A DNA stretch of 64,000 bases, taken from Takakia lepidozioides (taxonomy: Eukaryota; Plantae; Bryophyta). Each line of letters begins with the position of its first letter. Within the stretch, counting starts at the first letter, position 1. Of the stretch, positions 34,350 to 47,888 are shown piece by piece. Under the pieces are notes generated by a model. It saw only the letters and a list, made by a program, of their open reading frames with translations, was not told where the DNA came from and searched no databases. The stretch is from the NCBI GenBank assembly GCA_030704615.1, contig CM060731.1:87792001-87856000 (forward strand). Reading direction: 5' to 3'. Position numbers and translations under genes: made by a program.

Positions 34350-36430
34350 TGGCGGTCACGCCGGAAAATAAATAAATAAGCGACCGCCAGCATTGGCGGT
34401 CGCTACATTTAGAGAGATATTAAGAATTGAAGCGACCGCCAGTAATGGCGGTCGCTTCATTTCGAAAGAAATGGAAATAAAATCGTAAAATAATTACAGC
34501 GACCGCCAGTAATGGCGATAGCTTCATTTTCAAAACAATTAAAATAAAGCGACCGCCAGTATTGGCGGTCGCTTCCTTTTCAAAACAAATAAAATAAAAG
34601 CGACCGCTAGTAATGGCGGTCGCTTCATTTTCAAAACAATTAAAAGAAAAACGACCGCCAGTCATGGCGGTCGCTCCATTTCCAACAAAATTTTAATAAA
34701 AGCGACCGCCAGTAGTGGTGGTCGCTGGATTTACAAAATTAAAACAATTGCGGCGACCGCCCATAATGGCGCCCGCTCGATTTTCGTCCAAAAAACAGAA
34801 AATCGAGTGCCAATAATGGCGGTCACTTCATTTTCAATTTTTTAAAAATAAAAGCAACCGCCACTAATGGCGGTCGCTGCAATTACAAAAAGAAAACAAT
34901 TGCGGCGACCGCCGTAATGGCGGTCACTTGATTTTCCTCCGAAAAACAGAAAATCGACCGCCGATAATGACGGTCGCTTCATTTTCAAAAAAAATAAAAT
35001 AAAAGCGACCACCACTAATGGCGGTCGCTGCAATTACAAAAAACAACAATAGCGGCGACCGCCCCTAATGGCGGTCGCTCTATTTTCCTCCAAAAAACCA
35101 AAAAGCGACCGCAAGTAACGGCGGTCGCTTCATTTTCAAAATAATTAAAATAAAAGCGACCCCGAGTAATGGCGGTCGCTGCATGTACCAAAAATATATC
35201 CCCCCCCCCCATTCGTCGCTCCACGCGCAGAACAGACCTCCTAGAAGCGACCGGCACCTTCGCGGTCGCTCCATTTAAATAAATAAAAAAAACGACCGCC
35301 AGTAATGGTGGTCGCTCCATTTCCAAAAATAAAAAAATAAAAGCGACCGCCAGTAATGGCGGTTGCTGCATTTTAAAAATCAACAATTACAACGACCATC
35401 AAAAATGGCGGTCGCTGCATTTTGTAAAAACAAAAACTGCCAGTAATGGAAGTGAGGGGAGAATGATTCGGAGCTTATATCCCCCCCCCCCCGCCTCATT
35501 CCTCGCTCCACGCGCAAGGCAGACCTCGTAGAAGCGACCGCCACCTTGGCGGTCGCTCCATTTAAAAACAAAAAAAATGGACCACCACAAATGGCGATCG
35601 CTCCATTTTGCAAAAAAAAAAAAAAAAAAAACGACCGCCAGTAATGGCGATCGCTGCATTTACAAAAACAAAAAAAACTTCAAGCGACCGCCAGTAATGG
35701 AAGTGAGGGGAGAATGAGTCCGAGCTTATATGCCCCCCTCCCCCCGCCTCACTTCTGGCTCCATGCGAAGGGCACACCTCGTAAAAGCGACCGCCACCTT
35801 GGCGGTCGCTCCATTTCGCAAAAAAATAAAATAAAAAGCGACTGCCAGTAATGGCGGTCGCTGCATTTACAAAATAAAAAAAAATCTTCAAGCGACCGCC
35901 AGTAATGGAAGTGAGGAGAGAATGAGTCCGAGCTTATATGCCCCCCTCCCCCCGCCTCACTCCTGGCTCTATGCGCAGGGCACACCTCGTAGAAGCGACC
36001 GCCACCTTGGCGGTCGCTCCATTTAAAAATAAAAAAAATTGACCGGCACAAATGGCGGTCGCTCCATTTCGCAAAAAAATAGAATAAAAAACGACCGCCA
36101 GTAATGGCAATCGCTGCATTTTAAAAAAGAACAATTACAACGACCGCCAATAATGGCAATCGCTGCATTTACCAAAAAAAATAAAATCTTCAAGCGACCG
36201 CCAGTAATAGAAGTGAGGGGAGAATGAGTCCGAGCTTATATGCCCCCCTCCCCCCGTCTCACTCCTCGCTCCATGCGCAGGGCACACCTCGTAGAAGCAA
36301 CCGTCACCTTCGCGGTCGCTCCATTGAAAAATCCCAAAAAAACAACCGCAAAATATGGCGGTCGATCCATTTTCCAAAATTACAAAGAATAAAAACAAAT
36401 GCGACCGTCAATGATGTCGGTTGCTGCATT
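34350..36430. repeat. Array of GC-rich palindromes GCGACCGCC-N(5-6)-GGCGGTCGC with A-rich spacers and a higher-order ~240-bp unit
   Basis: Dozens of hairpin units at ~55-60-bp spacing. The higher-order block gaagtgaggggagaatga...cacacctcgtagaagcgacc recurs at ~35450, 35700, 35910 and 36210, and also at 19495-19598. Confidence 0.92.
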
Positions 36431-36859
36431 AAAATAAAAATGAATGCAGAGCTGGAAGCATGGCACAATTGTTCTCCAAATCAGCGAACATAAATATGAG
36501 CAAGTGACGGTGTCTTTGGTCGACATTTTGGCTGGTATACACATGGGCAACATCTTTTATTTTCCAACACATACACAACAGCAATACAAATATTCATAGT
36601 GACAATGATCACATTGGTATTACTTCATTACAGAAATGTAAACATGTCCACTAAAATGTGCCGATGCATGCCTACAGCTGTTTTGCTTCAATTCCTTCTA
36701 TTGCTTCGACGGCGGGACGAAGAAGATCCTAATCCTAATGCTCCGATGGGTTGAAAATCCGGGTCACCCTCGACTTCACCACCATTGCCATGATCAATGT
36801 TGGAATCGTCCTCCCTATCCGACCTATTGCCTTCACACTGGACAAAGTGGTTTTTTACC

Positions 36860-37045
36860 GCATAGATGCTTTAAGGCATACACCCACCCCAATGCTCTTC
36901 ACACCTCTATAACCGAGGTGGGTGAGCAACCGATCCTTACGATAAGAAAGCTGTAATCCACATAGGTTACACTCAACACTACCAGTGGCACTGACAGTGT
37001 TCGAGATTGTCATATACCAAGGGCTTCATTCCTCCCTCATCTTCA
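36860..37045 (-). pseudogene. BED-type zinc finger remnant (DNA-transposon derived)
   Basis: The minus strand reads SPWY...VECNLCGLQLSYRKDRLLTHLGYRG, matching the W...CxxC...RL..HL BED pattern. It is interrupted by stops. Confidence 0.55.
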
Positions 37046-37469
37046 CCCAATATCCACTCCTCTGGGCCCTAGCGATGTAAGCAACAAAAAATAGTCACCT
37101 ATAAATGAACGTGTTGTGAATGTAGAGTGCAATGCGATAGCCCAACACTTCTACACCTGTCAGCAACCCAAGTGGGTCGATGTGGGTTGTAGTGTTGAGC
37201 TTATACACAATCTACTGAAGTGGCTTTGGTGGAAGCCACAACGGCAAGAGGTGCGCACCTTCCTCTTGGGCTACACTCTCATTCAATGGAAGAGAACATC
37301 AAAAGCAACCTCAAGTGTTTGCGCCAAAAGAAGTGAGGAGCTTGGTGACGCTCCTCCCTCATATACGATCCAAGAAGGATGAAAGTGAAATGAAAGTGAA
37401 ATGAATAAATAACGAACCAATAGCGCCCACCCGAAAAAAGTGGTACAACCATATTTGTTATAATTTTGA

Positions 37470-38019
37470 AATTAAGCGACCACTAATATTACGGTCGCTA
37501 CTTTTAATTTTTATGAAAAACAAGCGACCGCCACTACTGCGGTCGCTTTTATTTCCTATCATTTTGTGCAATATTGCGGTCACTTCTATTTTGTATATTT
37601 TTAAATTTAAGCGACCGCCCGTATGACGGTCGCTATTGTTTTTTATTTCGAAATATAATGTGACTGCTGGTATGGCGGTCGCTTCATTTGTTAATATATT
37701 TAAAATAAAGCGACTGCCAATATGGTGGTCGCTTTTATTTTTCATATTTAAAAGAACGCGACCACCAGTAAGGCGGTCGCTTCTAATCTTTATATTTTCA
37801 AGTTTTCGGTTTTATTTTATATATTATTAAATTAACGCGACCGCCGGTTTGGCGGTCGCAAATGTTGTATTGTTTTAAAACAAGCGACCACCTGTGTGGT
37901 GGTCGCTTTTATTTTGTTTTTTTATATAATTTTGAAATTATCCGACCGCCATATGACGGTCGTTTGTTTTTCTATATATTTTTTAAATTAAGCGACCGCC
38001 CAATGGCGGTCGCTTGTTT

Positions 38020-38020
<1 letters not shown>
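37470..38020. repeat. Second array of the same palindrome, with T-rich spacers, ending in (TA)n(CA)n
   Basis: About ten gcgaccgcc..ggcggtcgc units, followed by a microsatellite at 38020-38052. Confidence 0.85.
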
Positions 38021-38053
<33 letters not shown>

Positions 38054-38472
38054 TATGTTAACAAATAAAATGGGAATGGTTTGCTTTGCAAATAATATAG
38101 AGATTGCAACATGATGCGATCATGTAGATTTTAAATCATCTACTTCCTCTATATTTGGAGTGTTTCATGTTGAGAAACTCTTTTGTTACAACAAATGAGT
38201 TCAAATTCATCAGTTCATATCCCTCCATATGGGTTCAAAAGCATTCAATTTTTTGAACAATTTCAAACAAGAGTTTCGTGTTGAAGAAATGATGCAGGTT
38301 TTCGAACAAAACCCCTGTCAGACAAGAGTTTCGTGAGTTCATATCCCTCCATATTGTTTCAAGAGCATGGAGGTTTTGGAGGTTTGGTTTGAACAAAATC
38401 ACTGTCAGACAAGTGTTTCGTGTTGAGAAACTCTTTTGTCACGACAAAGAGTTTAAATCCCTCAGTTCATAT

Positions 38473-39049
38473 TGTTAGGGACGAGAACATGACTGAACAC
38501 AAACAAGAGATCAGACTAGAGGTAGAAGTCTAGACAAGAAGTCATCGGCGTGGCCGAATGCATGATGGGTAAAGAAGAATCAAGATGATATTTATAACAA
38601 TGAACAAGAGTACAAGATACTGGAACTTGACTTGAATACTGGAATGTTGGAAACTGGATTGGAGTACCGGATACTAGAAACTAGACTAGAGGACTGGAAG
38701 CTGGATTAGAGTACTGGGACTGGAAACAAGAATAACTTGAACTTGTGTTGGCGAGACTGAAGAGTGTCCAGTCTCGCCTCCTATATATACTGGCTACTAG
38801 GAAGTTTCCTAAGAAGTTTCCCAAGCCAATGGAAAGTTCTTGAGAAGCTTCCTCCACCAGGAAGCTTCCTGAGTTACTCTCAGTAATTTGATAGTCACTT
38901 TTGGTAATTTGGTAACTCGTGGTAACTTATGGTAAATCATGGTAAATCATGATAAATTATGGTAACTTTTGATAACTTGGTAACTCTCGGTAACTTGGCA
39001 ACTTTTGGTAATTACTCTTGGTGAATTCTTCTGGACTATGTCTGTGACA
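38473..39049. mobile_element. Solo LTR (577 bp) of a third family
   Basis: TGTTAGGG...TGTGACA flanked by a perfect 5-bp TSD CATAT (38468-38472 and 39050-39054). The empty site cagttcatatccatccatat matches the local tandem unit at 38211 and 38335. Confidence 0.88.
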
Positions 39050-39764
39050 CATATCCATCCATATTTGTTAAAAAAGATGCAGTTTTTTTTAACACAATAA
39101 TTGTCAGACTAGAATTTCGTGGAGCAGACGACGTTGCCACTGTGAATTGTATTCTTGCAAAATGAATCATCAAGGGGTTCATCTCGAAATTGGAATGAGA
39201 TTTACAGGCCATCGCGACCAGAAATTGTATGCAAGGTTGTGAGTCTTTCTATTTGTCCTCGACTTCATTTAATAGCATCCGAACCTACATCGGGCATCAA
39301 TTTTCAGGGAACCTCACAAATTGCAACGTCAATATTAATGTTACAGATCTGAATGCAACAGCTGCATTGGCCAAAGAAATGGAAAAATGAACAAGTGGAT
39401 ATTCCAGCGACGACCGAATGTCAGAAGCTAGTTTAGCGTAGAGCAGGAATAGGGTGCCATAGTGCCACATCATCGTCGCCACGTTTCGTCGTCAAGTTTT
39501 TTGGACCCTAACCGAAAAAAAACCCGTTAGAGATGGTCTGTACACCAACATTGCTGTGAGTGATACGCACGGGGAAGGGAGGATGATGGGAGGCACGATG
39601 GTAGAACAACCGCAATCGCAAGATATGGCCTTTTCTTAATGTACGATGTGAAGATGTTTGTCCATCCTGCAAATGTGGGCTCTTGGCTCTTGTTAATACC
39701 ATCATTTGGTATTCTTCCTGATGTTTACAAGGTTCTTGGGAGAGTCAACTTTGTCTTAGCACGC

Positions 39765-40325
39765 CGTGTTTCAATCTCTGCCCCGCTTAGTTGCACCGCG
39801 GTGGTTCTCACAGACCAATCCAATATTACCTAACTACATACACAAGCAGCACACACAAGAGGTCTTTTTGGGTTGATGGTCAATCAAATCCTCCATGGGT
39901 CATGACAATGTGGTGAGGGCACCTTCTTCTTCGACCTATTTCATCCTGTTTTGCCCTCTCATCAGACTCGGCCCTGAGATGCATATTGAATTGTCAAGGA
40001 CAATGTGATGAGGGCACCTTCTTCTTCGACCTATTTCAGCCTGGTTTGCCCTCTCAAGGATGACAATGCCCTCGCATCCTTGAGCGCGGAGGGGTGTTTC
40101 AATCTGTGCCTGCTCAACTGCACCGTGGTGGTTTTCACAGACCAATCCGACATTACCTGACTACAGACACAAGCAGCACACACAAGAGGTCATTTTGGGT
40201 TGATGGTCGGTCAAATCCTCCATGGGTCATGACACAAGGTCAAGGACAATGTGGTGAGGGCACCTTCTTCTTCAACCTATTTCTGCCTGTTTTGCCCTCT
40301 CGTCAGACTTGGCCCTGAGGTGCAT
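39765..40325. repeat. Local ~210-bp direct duplication plus a partial copy
   Basis: 39765-39985 is similar to 40093-40328. A partial copy lies at ~40000-40055 (acaatgtg.tgagggcaccttcttcttc). Confidence 0.75.
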
Positions 40326-40770
40326 ATTGCATATTGATGCCAAAATGCCGAAACGAGATGTGGTCTCTTGGACTGCATGCTGATAGTAGGGGTTGGTAGC
40401 TCTTGATTTTGCACAGCTTAAGAGGAGAGAAAAAAAATTAGAATATAAACCAAGAACCTCTCATTGGTTTGCCTGATGTGACAGCAAACCATGTTCCCAA
40501 TGCCTTCATACTTTTCATCGACAATCTGGACAAACAGACATAACTACAAGGCATACAAAGCTGAAAAGCTGAGGGACATGCATTACCGATCAGTTGCATG
40601 AGGAAAGAGATATTCCCTATATTGAAACCAGAGGCATGATGTCTAGAGCTCACAACAAATAGAACATTACGAGCTAAACGAAATGCCAGTCTGCCAATCA
40701 ACAGAGCTTGATTATGACTAGTCAGATGATTATAAAACAGCTGGATAGGGGCCTGGATCTCATCAAAATG

Positions 40771-43700
40771 CTACCACTGCTTCTTACCTTTCCTTTTCTT
40801 CCGGCTCGGTTTGGATCCGCGACTAGCACCTTTTCCTCCAGGATAACTTGGGACACCATTAATGTCAGTGAACATCCCAGAGGCCATGGCACTCTCAAGC
40901 CATTCAAAAAACTCTTGTTCTGTCATGTTCTCATCCAATTCTGGAAGAGGAAAACCATCTGACATAGAGAAGCGTGCTCCGCTCTTAGAAGCCCTGTTAC
41001 CTCCTCGTGTAGAGCTCTTTCCATTCCCGCTGGTACTCACATGGAACGTAGGTTTGTGTGTATTTGGTGGGCACTTCAAACCCTGAATCCACCAATGTTT
41101 CATAACGAATATAAAACTTGAGGGACTCAATCAGTGTATCGACAGCATCTACACGAGCAAACTATTGGAAACCAGGAAATCAACAACAAACACCCATTTT
41201 GCACCAAATACAAAAGGGATGAAAGATAATTATTCACCCTTTCAGTTGCAACCTTGTCTTTCCCAACCCCCCGTACTTCATGTCATGTATAACCCCTTCT
41301 TTTCACTGTGAATGACACATGAACACATAGAGACTATCTTATCCAGGCGCAAAGACTGCACACCGGGGACTAAGATAGTGCATTATATTTTTGCACCTTG
41401 CTAGCAAAGCACATGCATCACAACACAGACACAAGTGTGAAAGGGGTAAAGAACAAACCTGACAAAGAACCCACTCAGTCACATTGTACACCTTGCCATC
41501 CGCACAAGCAAACGCATGAGGTGTGTCCACCTGCAATACTGACGCTCAATAATGAGGCTTCCCATCCTGCCCTTCATAACCACAGCCTTGTGTCCACTGA
41601 AAAGAGTGCCTATCAAGTTTAAAATGTTGAGGACTGGAGGAATTCCTTAGAGAGACACCTACTTTGGGAAGATGGATGCATTGGTGGAACTGGAAAAAGG
41701 TTAAAAGTTGTATGTGCAGTTCAGGTTTCCCAACCTTCTGAAAAATACCAAAAAAGAAGGACTGGCCAGATTGTTCAACCCAACCATCACCATCCTTGGC
41801 TTGATGATAATCTTGGCACTCCTGAAACAGACAACCCACATTAGATCACATATCACAATACACATCCTTTATACAGAAAAAGCAAGTTCTTCTGAAAAAA
41901 ATAGCAGGTAATTTTGGAGGCAAACCACCCCAAAAAGGAGACCATGCATAAGAGCATAAAAGCATACCTGACACCATCTTGCCCGAAGCTTACTCCTGCT
42001 GCTAGATACCCAAACATGAGTATCATTACACTTGCGACACACAATTCTGCGGGAATTAGCAGGCGCATCCTCGTCGTCTTCATCTTCTGAATGATGACAT
42101 CCATAATTGGGGGATCCACTTCTGCCATTCTGCAATAGTCATCACCCTATCATCACTCCATACAGATTTCATGTGCAAGATATGTCGACAGAGGTGGAGA
42201 TATGACAAGAGACTAACATGATTAATAAGGGGTACACCCCTGAGCATAAAGGCCATCAACATACTCAAAGACAAACCCAAAACAACCTTGTGTTTCCATA
42301 AGTGGCTTGTGTACTGACAGATTTTCATACTGTGGTAGGAAGTAGGAAGCAATGAATATAGCCTTTCCTGTATGGTCATAAGAAAAATTTGCTAATAGAA
42401 ACCCTGTGCCAGTACCAGTCAAATTGAAGTACAAACACGTTTTTGGAACACAAAGTCAGCACCTTCTGCAGATGGTGAGGAAGAGAAACAGAACTGCCAA
42501 CCCAGTACCTTTTGCCTCACTCACTGGCAGAAAAGCTGGCACTTTGGACAAATTGGAGTGAGCTAATACTACTCGCACATCATCCACTGAGCCAAATCTG
42601 CAAAGGTTACTTCCATAGAAGTCCATGCATTTGGTGAACTAGTAGCTGTGGCAGTCCAGGGTCATGACTTACACAAAATCTGATGGCTAGGGACACTGCA
42701 AACCCTTGATAGGTAGGTGGAAACATACCCCATGCACACCACTGCGGTGCCGTTGAAAATTAATAAACACTTCGTCTCTTCGCAGCTCATCATCATAACC
42801 CTTCCTTTTGACGGCATCCAGCAACACCTAGGTCCACACACATCCAGATGCTTCACAGGATTACTGCTGCATAAATACCAAACGCACTCCTGCTCTTGTT
42901 TATCGATAAACCTCCAACCTCAGATGCAGTTTGCTCCCAAACCAACCTGACATAAGCCTCAGATGTGTTGTTGATTAACAAAGAGGCATTTTTCTTGCAG
43001 TTTCTCAGTGTACCCTTAACCACACCTAACCTATCTGAAACCAACCCCACACACTGGACAATACATAGTCACCTGACAAAAACAGGAGAAAGTTCGGCAT
43101 GTTTCCTATGCATTTAGCAGTACCTCGTAAGCATTTTGCAGTCGCTTGAAAGCCTCTTCTGCTTTCTCATTTCCACCATTTTTGTCGGGATGCACCAGCA
43201 TTGCCTGCCATGTGCCAATACTGGCCGACAGTCAATCCAACGAGCAAGCAATAGCAAGCCATCCACAAACTACATGGCAGTGTGGCATCAGCATAGGATT
43301 TGCACTCCGTTAGAAAGACTTACTGTCCAAAGAAAGAGGGCTGGTTACCTAAACCAACTTCCCATTTTGCAAATAAAGCTTTGAGAAACTCTGATCAAAT
43401 GTATAATAACGGACACACCTTCTTCCTATATTCTCGCTTGAGAATAGCAAGGTCCACTTTGTCGAAGCGTGCAAATCCAAGGACCCCGTAATGATCTCTA
43501 CAACCCAGCACACGTGCTACTTCTTCTTCCGCAGATGTGAAGTCACCTTCAGAGGTGCCACTGGTGGATGCAACAACACTCTTGCGTGCTGCATCCAGTC
43601 CTGCCTGGAAGCCTTCTGTATACGGCGCACTACCTTCATTTGGTGCTTGCCCTCTGCTGGTTTTGGCCTGGGGAGGAGGTAAGCCATCTGCCTTGCTTCT

Positions 43701-46474
43701 AGGAATATTATCATCCCTATAACCAGTCGTCTTCAGAAAGTAGAGGACAACATCGCTGGAGATTAAAGCCAAGCAGGTACACAGACCTAGCCCAACCCAC
43801 CCTCCATGTTCCTTCACTGAGTACAATGCATACCCCATCGTAATTAGGATGGCCAGCCTGGCACGATCTCCAATGAAGAGACCACCTAGTTCAACCAGAC
43901 ACCCAACCGTCATAGTCAGAATCACCCATGGCCACAAAAAAGTTTTCAAGGGCTAAAAATCCACTCTCTTTCGAAGTCTAAAGCCCTCGCCTGCACCTCC
44001 CAAGGTTGTCTACCAAAGCAGAATCATGCTGCACCTCTTTGAGGTTTGAGGGCATCCAGAATAGACTCGCACATACTGCAACAGAATGGTGAGTTGGGAG
44101 CAGCCTCAAAGAGAGTACCTGCAATTAAAACAAGAGCTCCCGTTGTCCAGAAGCTACCATACAGAAAAAGTACCACAACTCCAAAGAGACCCAACAAAGC
44201 AAAAGCCGGGGTGTACCCTAGCACAAATACAGCTCCCACTGCCATTCCCTGCAACATTGACCACCCTCCATCAGCAATCATAATAACAGAAGGTGGGAGA
44301 GCACCTTTACTATAACTTTGGAGGGACAAAGTGTAGATAAATACTGGGAAAATGTGTAGACAAACACAGCACCTAATCCGCAGCTAAAACCACCTAGAGG
44401 TGACGAAAGCAGATCACAAACACTTCAATCTTTGAATTGTTCTAGGAAACACCCAACTCAACTTATCACACTAGTTCCTATGCTCAATTGCATCTGCTAC
44501 TCTCTGAGTCATGCACACTCATCCAAAGTTGCATCTCATGTGTTTGGACTGTAAGACAAGCAACTTTTACATAGTGTAGGAAGATTGTTTGTATCAGCAA
44601 TACTTTGATTTTTCCAAACGGCCTGTAAAAGCAAAGCAGAAACAATAAAACTTGACCTTCCTTCCCTTCTTACCAATAATATATGCTCAACATGAGTTGT
44701 CCGCCGAGTATACTGAACTATGACGTGTGTCTTATATTAATTTCCCAGTTACCATGAACTGTGCTTACCCATAAGGTGCCACGAAGTACTCTCGAGGTGC
44801 CCACTACGACTGCTTGACCACGAGTTGTCCCTTTTAGACAAGGAACTTAGATTGCCAATGTGGTTTAAAGACAGCTACCACAAAACTCTGAAGGTGCATT
44901 ACAGGCTCATGACAACCAACGGTACATGCGACCCCACAGGGTGCTTGCCTGGAACAGGGGTCTGCCCATACCAGAAAAATGACGTGTAATGACAAGCTTA
45001 AATTTAAAAGTTGTTTGGTAAATCCAACAGTCCTGGTAGGTACTGGTACTCTACACATACACCACTTTCTTCATTTGTCATCCTCATACACTTATTGCAG
45101 TCAGGGACGCCCACATCGTGTCACAATGTTAGACCTGTAAGATTCTTGGCAAATTCACGTAAAACCTGGAAAAAGCATGAAGTTGAAAATGCAGTATAAT
45201 CTCCTTCCATTTCAATGGCTTCATCCTGTCAACCCTTCAATGACTCCAAATAGAACTTGAACCTAAATGCTGCCCTAGGCAAAAGGAAGTTAAACTTGCA
45301 GGCCACATTTTGACAGGTCTACTGTGTCTTGATAGATGAACAAACTTGGCAAAAGGCAGAGAAAACTCCAAAGAAAGCTCTTACATCTCAAAAGTACAGG
45401 TGAAAGGAGTCTGGCATTTGAACCTGCTTCCCTGCCCTAGGAAAGGGAGGAGACAACGCAGCAGAGTGTTCCTGACAAAAGGCCAGGACATGGTCCAAAG
45501 ACACAAAAGGAGGAGGGAACATTGGCACTGCATGGAACAATGCCAGAAAAAGAGAACGTAAGGCCCAAAACACTTCTATAAGATAATGAAGTGCGAGGAA
45601 TTACCAGAGCTATAAGAAAATTGAGCAATCCAGCCAGCACACAAAGATTGAGGGCAGTGCACCAGAGGACCAGAAACAGTGCAGCAGAACCAAGCCGAAA
45701 GAGAGAGATGAAGCCCCGTATCCCACACCCCAACGCCAGGAGACTAAGCATCATCACCACTCGCGCCACAAGTAGCAGCCAGGCCTGCAGAGCCGGCCAG
45801 GCCCGCCTCGCTCCAGATTCAAACCTTGCCTGAATCCGTACCAGCAATGAGCTAACGGCCTCTAAAGCAGCCTCCTGAAATTCTACCCATTGACTGGCAC
45901 GTGCCGACCATTGTTCTGCACCTGGGCTCTTCATGCTTCCTTCCTCGTGACACTCTTCTCCAGGTGCCCCTTCAACTGGTTCCTCTGTCTCTTTTCCAAG
46001 TCTTCCACTTGAATTGCCCACGGCGCCCATGTTATCTCTGTCTCTGCCATCTCCATCTGCAACACCACCTCGGTTTGGTGCCACCGACCCGCCTCTCCCT
46101 GTTTTATCTCCTTTACCTATGGCACCATCTGTTATCGGTGCCGCATGCCCCCGTCCTCCACCTTGGCCTGTTCCAGTTGAACCTTCTCTTGCTATGCGCA
46201 ACCCTGCTTTCCAAGATTCCCCGGCTCCTGCAGCCCCTTCTTCCTTAGGGTTAATAAAATCTCTTTCCACACCGTTTCCTACAGTACGTTTAGACGTACC
46301 CAAATCTCCTGCAACCGTAGATGCGGTAGCCTCTGCGTCGTTCTGCCCCCCTGATTCATTCATGCCACCTCCGGCATCTCTAAGTACCTCCTCCGGTCCC
46401 AGTTCTCGTTTATCTGAGTTCAGACCAAATGCATCTGCACAATCTCCATTACGTGGCTCCTTAAGCTGGCCCAT
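40771..46474 (-). CDS. DNAJC14/Jiv90-type DnaJ-domain membrane co-chaperone, 9 coding exons, apparently intact
   Basis: GT-AG exons at about 46474-45605, 44248-44119, 43885-43419, 43204-43124, 42828-42730, 42130-41968, 41822-41736, 41530-41459 and 41083-40771. Hydrophobic TM segments. J domain DHYGVLG...REYRKK|AMLVHPDKN...AFKRLQNAYE|VLLD. Jiv90-like CRKC...ARWCQ|ECQDYHQAKDGDGW...HAFACADG..NVTEW. Ends KKRKGKKQW. The start codon is uncertain. Confidence 0.92.
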
Positions 46475-47888
46475 ATGAGCTTTTCCTGAATTACAATGCA
46501 CTCTTCATCTGCCACCACGTATGGAGTGCGTTACCGGGGTCACAATATGTGCTGCTCCTGCTTCATATCTGTTATAAGCTTGCCTCAAATTCACTCTCAT
46601 ACTACTCAGGAGGATATGAGCAGCGATCGTGAACATTGGGCAAAACAGCCGTAAAGGCATCTGATGAGACTAGGCAGACAGAAGCGCAAGAGTGTGCGAG
46701 CCACAATCGGGGGCACACACCACGTCCAAGACGCGCTGCTGCCTGCCTTACCTACCTGCCATTTCACGCTTTACGAACCATACGGCTGTTTGCTCACGGT
46801 TTTGAGGAAAAAGAGTTGTCCCAATTCTTTTTCTCTAGAGCAGGCTAGTCGCACCACGGACAAACAGCTCTGGAACCTAACGCCTTTATTCGTTTTATTC
46901 GGTTCCTCCTTCAGTAAAAGACCGCGCATCCACGGTCAAAACAAAACCACTTACAGCCCAGTCACACGTGCAGGTAACGCAGGACCAACTTAACCCTCCC
47001 GGCTATGTGGCAGATAGAAATTTTCAAAAAAAAAGTATGACTTTTTCCCACAGAAACGTAATTTATGGTGTCTCTTGACTAGGAAAGAGAGGAGGAGACT
47101 AGGAAAGAGGAGGTTTCTGTGACAGATTATTTTCTCCTCTCACTACAATTAACCCCTAAGCGATGGGAGCCGTTTTAGTGGGCCAGCCCCAACACAGGAC
47201 ATAGTCGCATGGATGAAGGTGTACCTGCCAGTGAAGATTCATCCACAAAAATGAACCTTACCAATATTTACCCACCTACTACACGTATCTACTGACAATA
47301 TGTGGAAGAATTGACCGTCAGAATTAGCAGATTATAACAAAAATCCACCAAATCCATGGTGAACTCCACAAAAATATTGCTGGAAAAGTGCAGTTTGACA
47401 AAGGTGATTTGCCATCTTTATGAATTGGCACGGACCTCCACATTCACAAACCATGCAGGTTAGATGTGTCCTCTCCAAATTTCATGAGCCAATTGTATTC
47501 AAAGTGACCCTCAAACAACCAGAACTGAGGGAGGTTTGAACCCCTGATCCGCCCAGTATGTAGACAGTCCCCCCCATAGCACCCAACCCCAAGTTTGGCA
47601 GCACAGCCCAGCTTCCCCAAAAAACAGAAGCACAAAAAAAAAAAAAACAACCCAGCATGCCAAGCACATGCCCCACTCCCATTGTTCATAGTACTTGAAT
47701 CAAACAGCACACACACACACACACACGATGACGATGAAGACACCGCAAGGACAAACAAGACAAGATGATAACCCACTTCCATGATACAGATCCAACGCAC
47801 ATATACAGCACACACAGCCCCGTCCTAGAGGGTAGAGCGAGCTCTCTAGTATTAGGAAAGCATTTTAGAGCTAAGGGAGAGGTTTCAA

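Noticed and set aside
34350-36430. CRISPR-like array (palindromic repeats with ~30-bp spacers)
   Set aside because: The spacers are related, A-rich and low-complexity; the repeats vary; a higher-order unit exists; there are no cas genes; and the context is eukaryotic.
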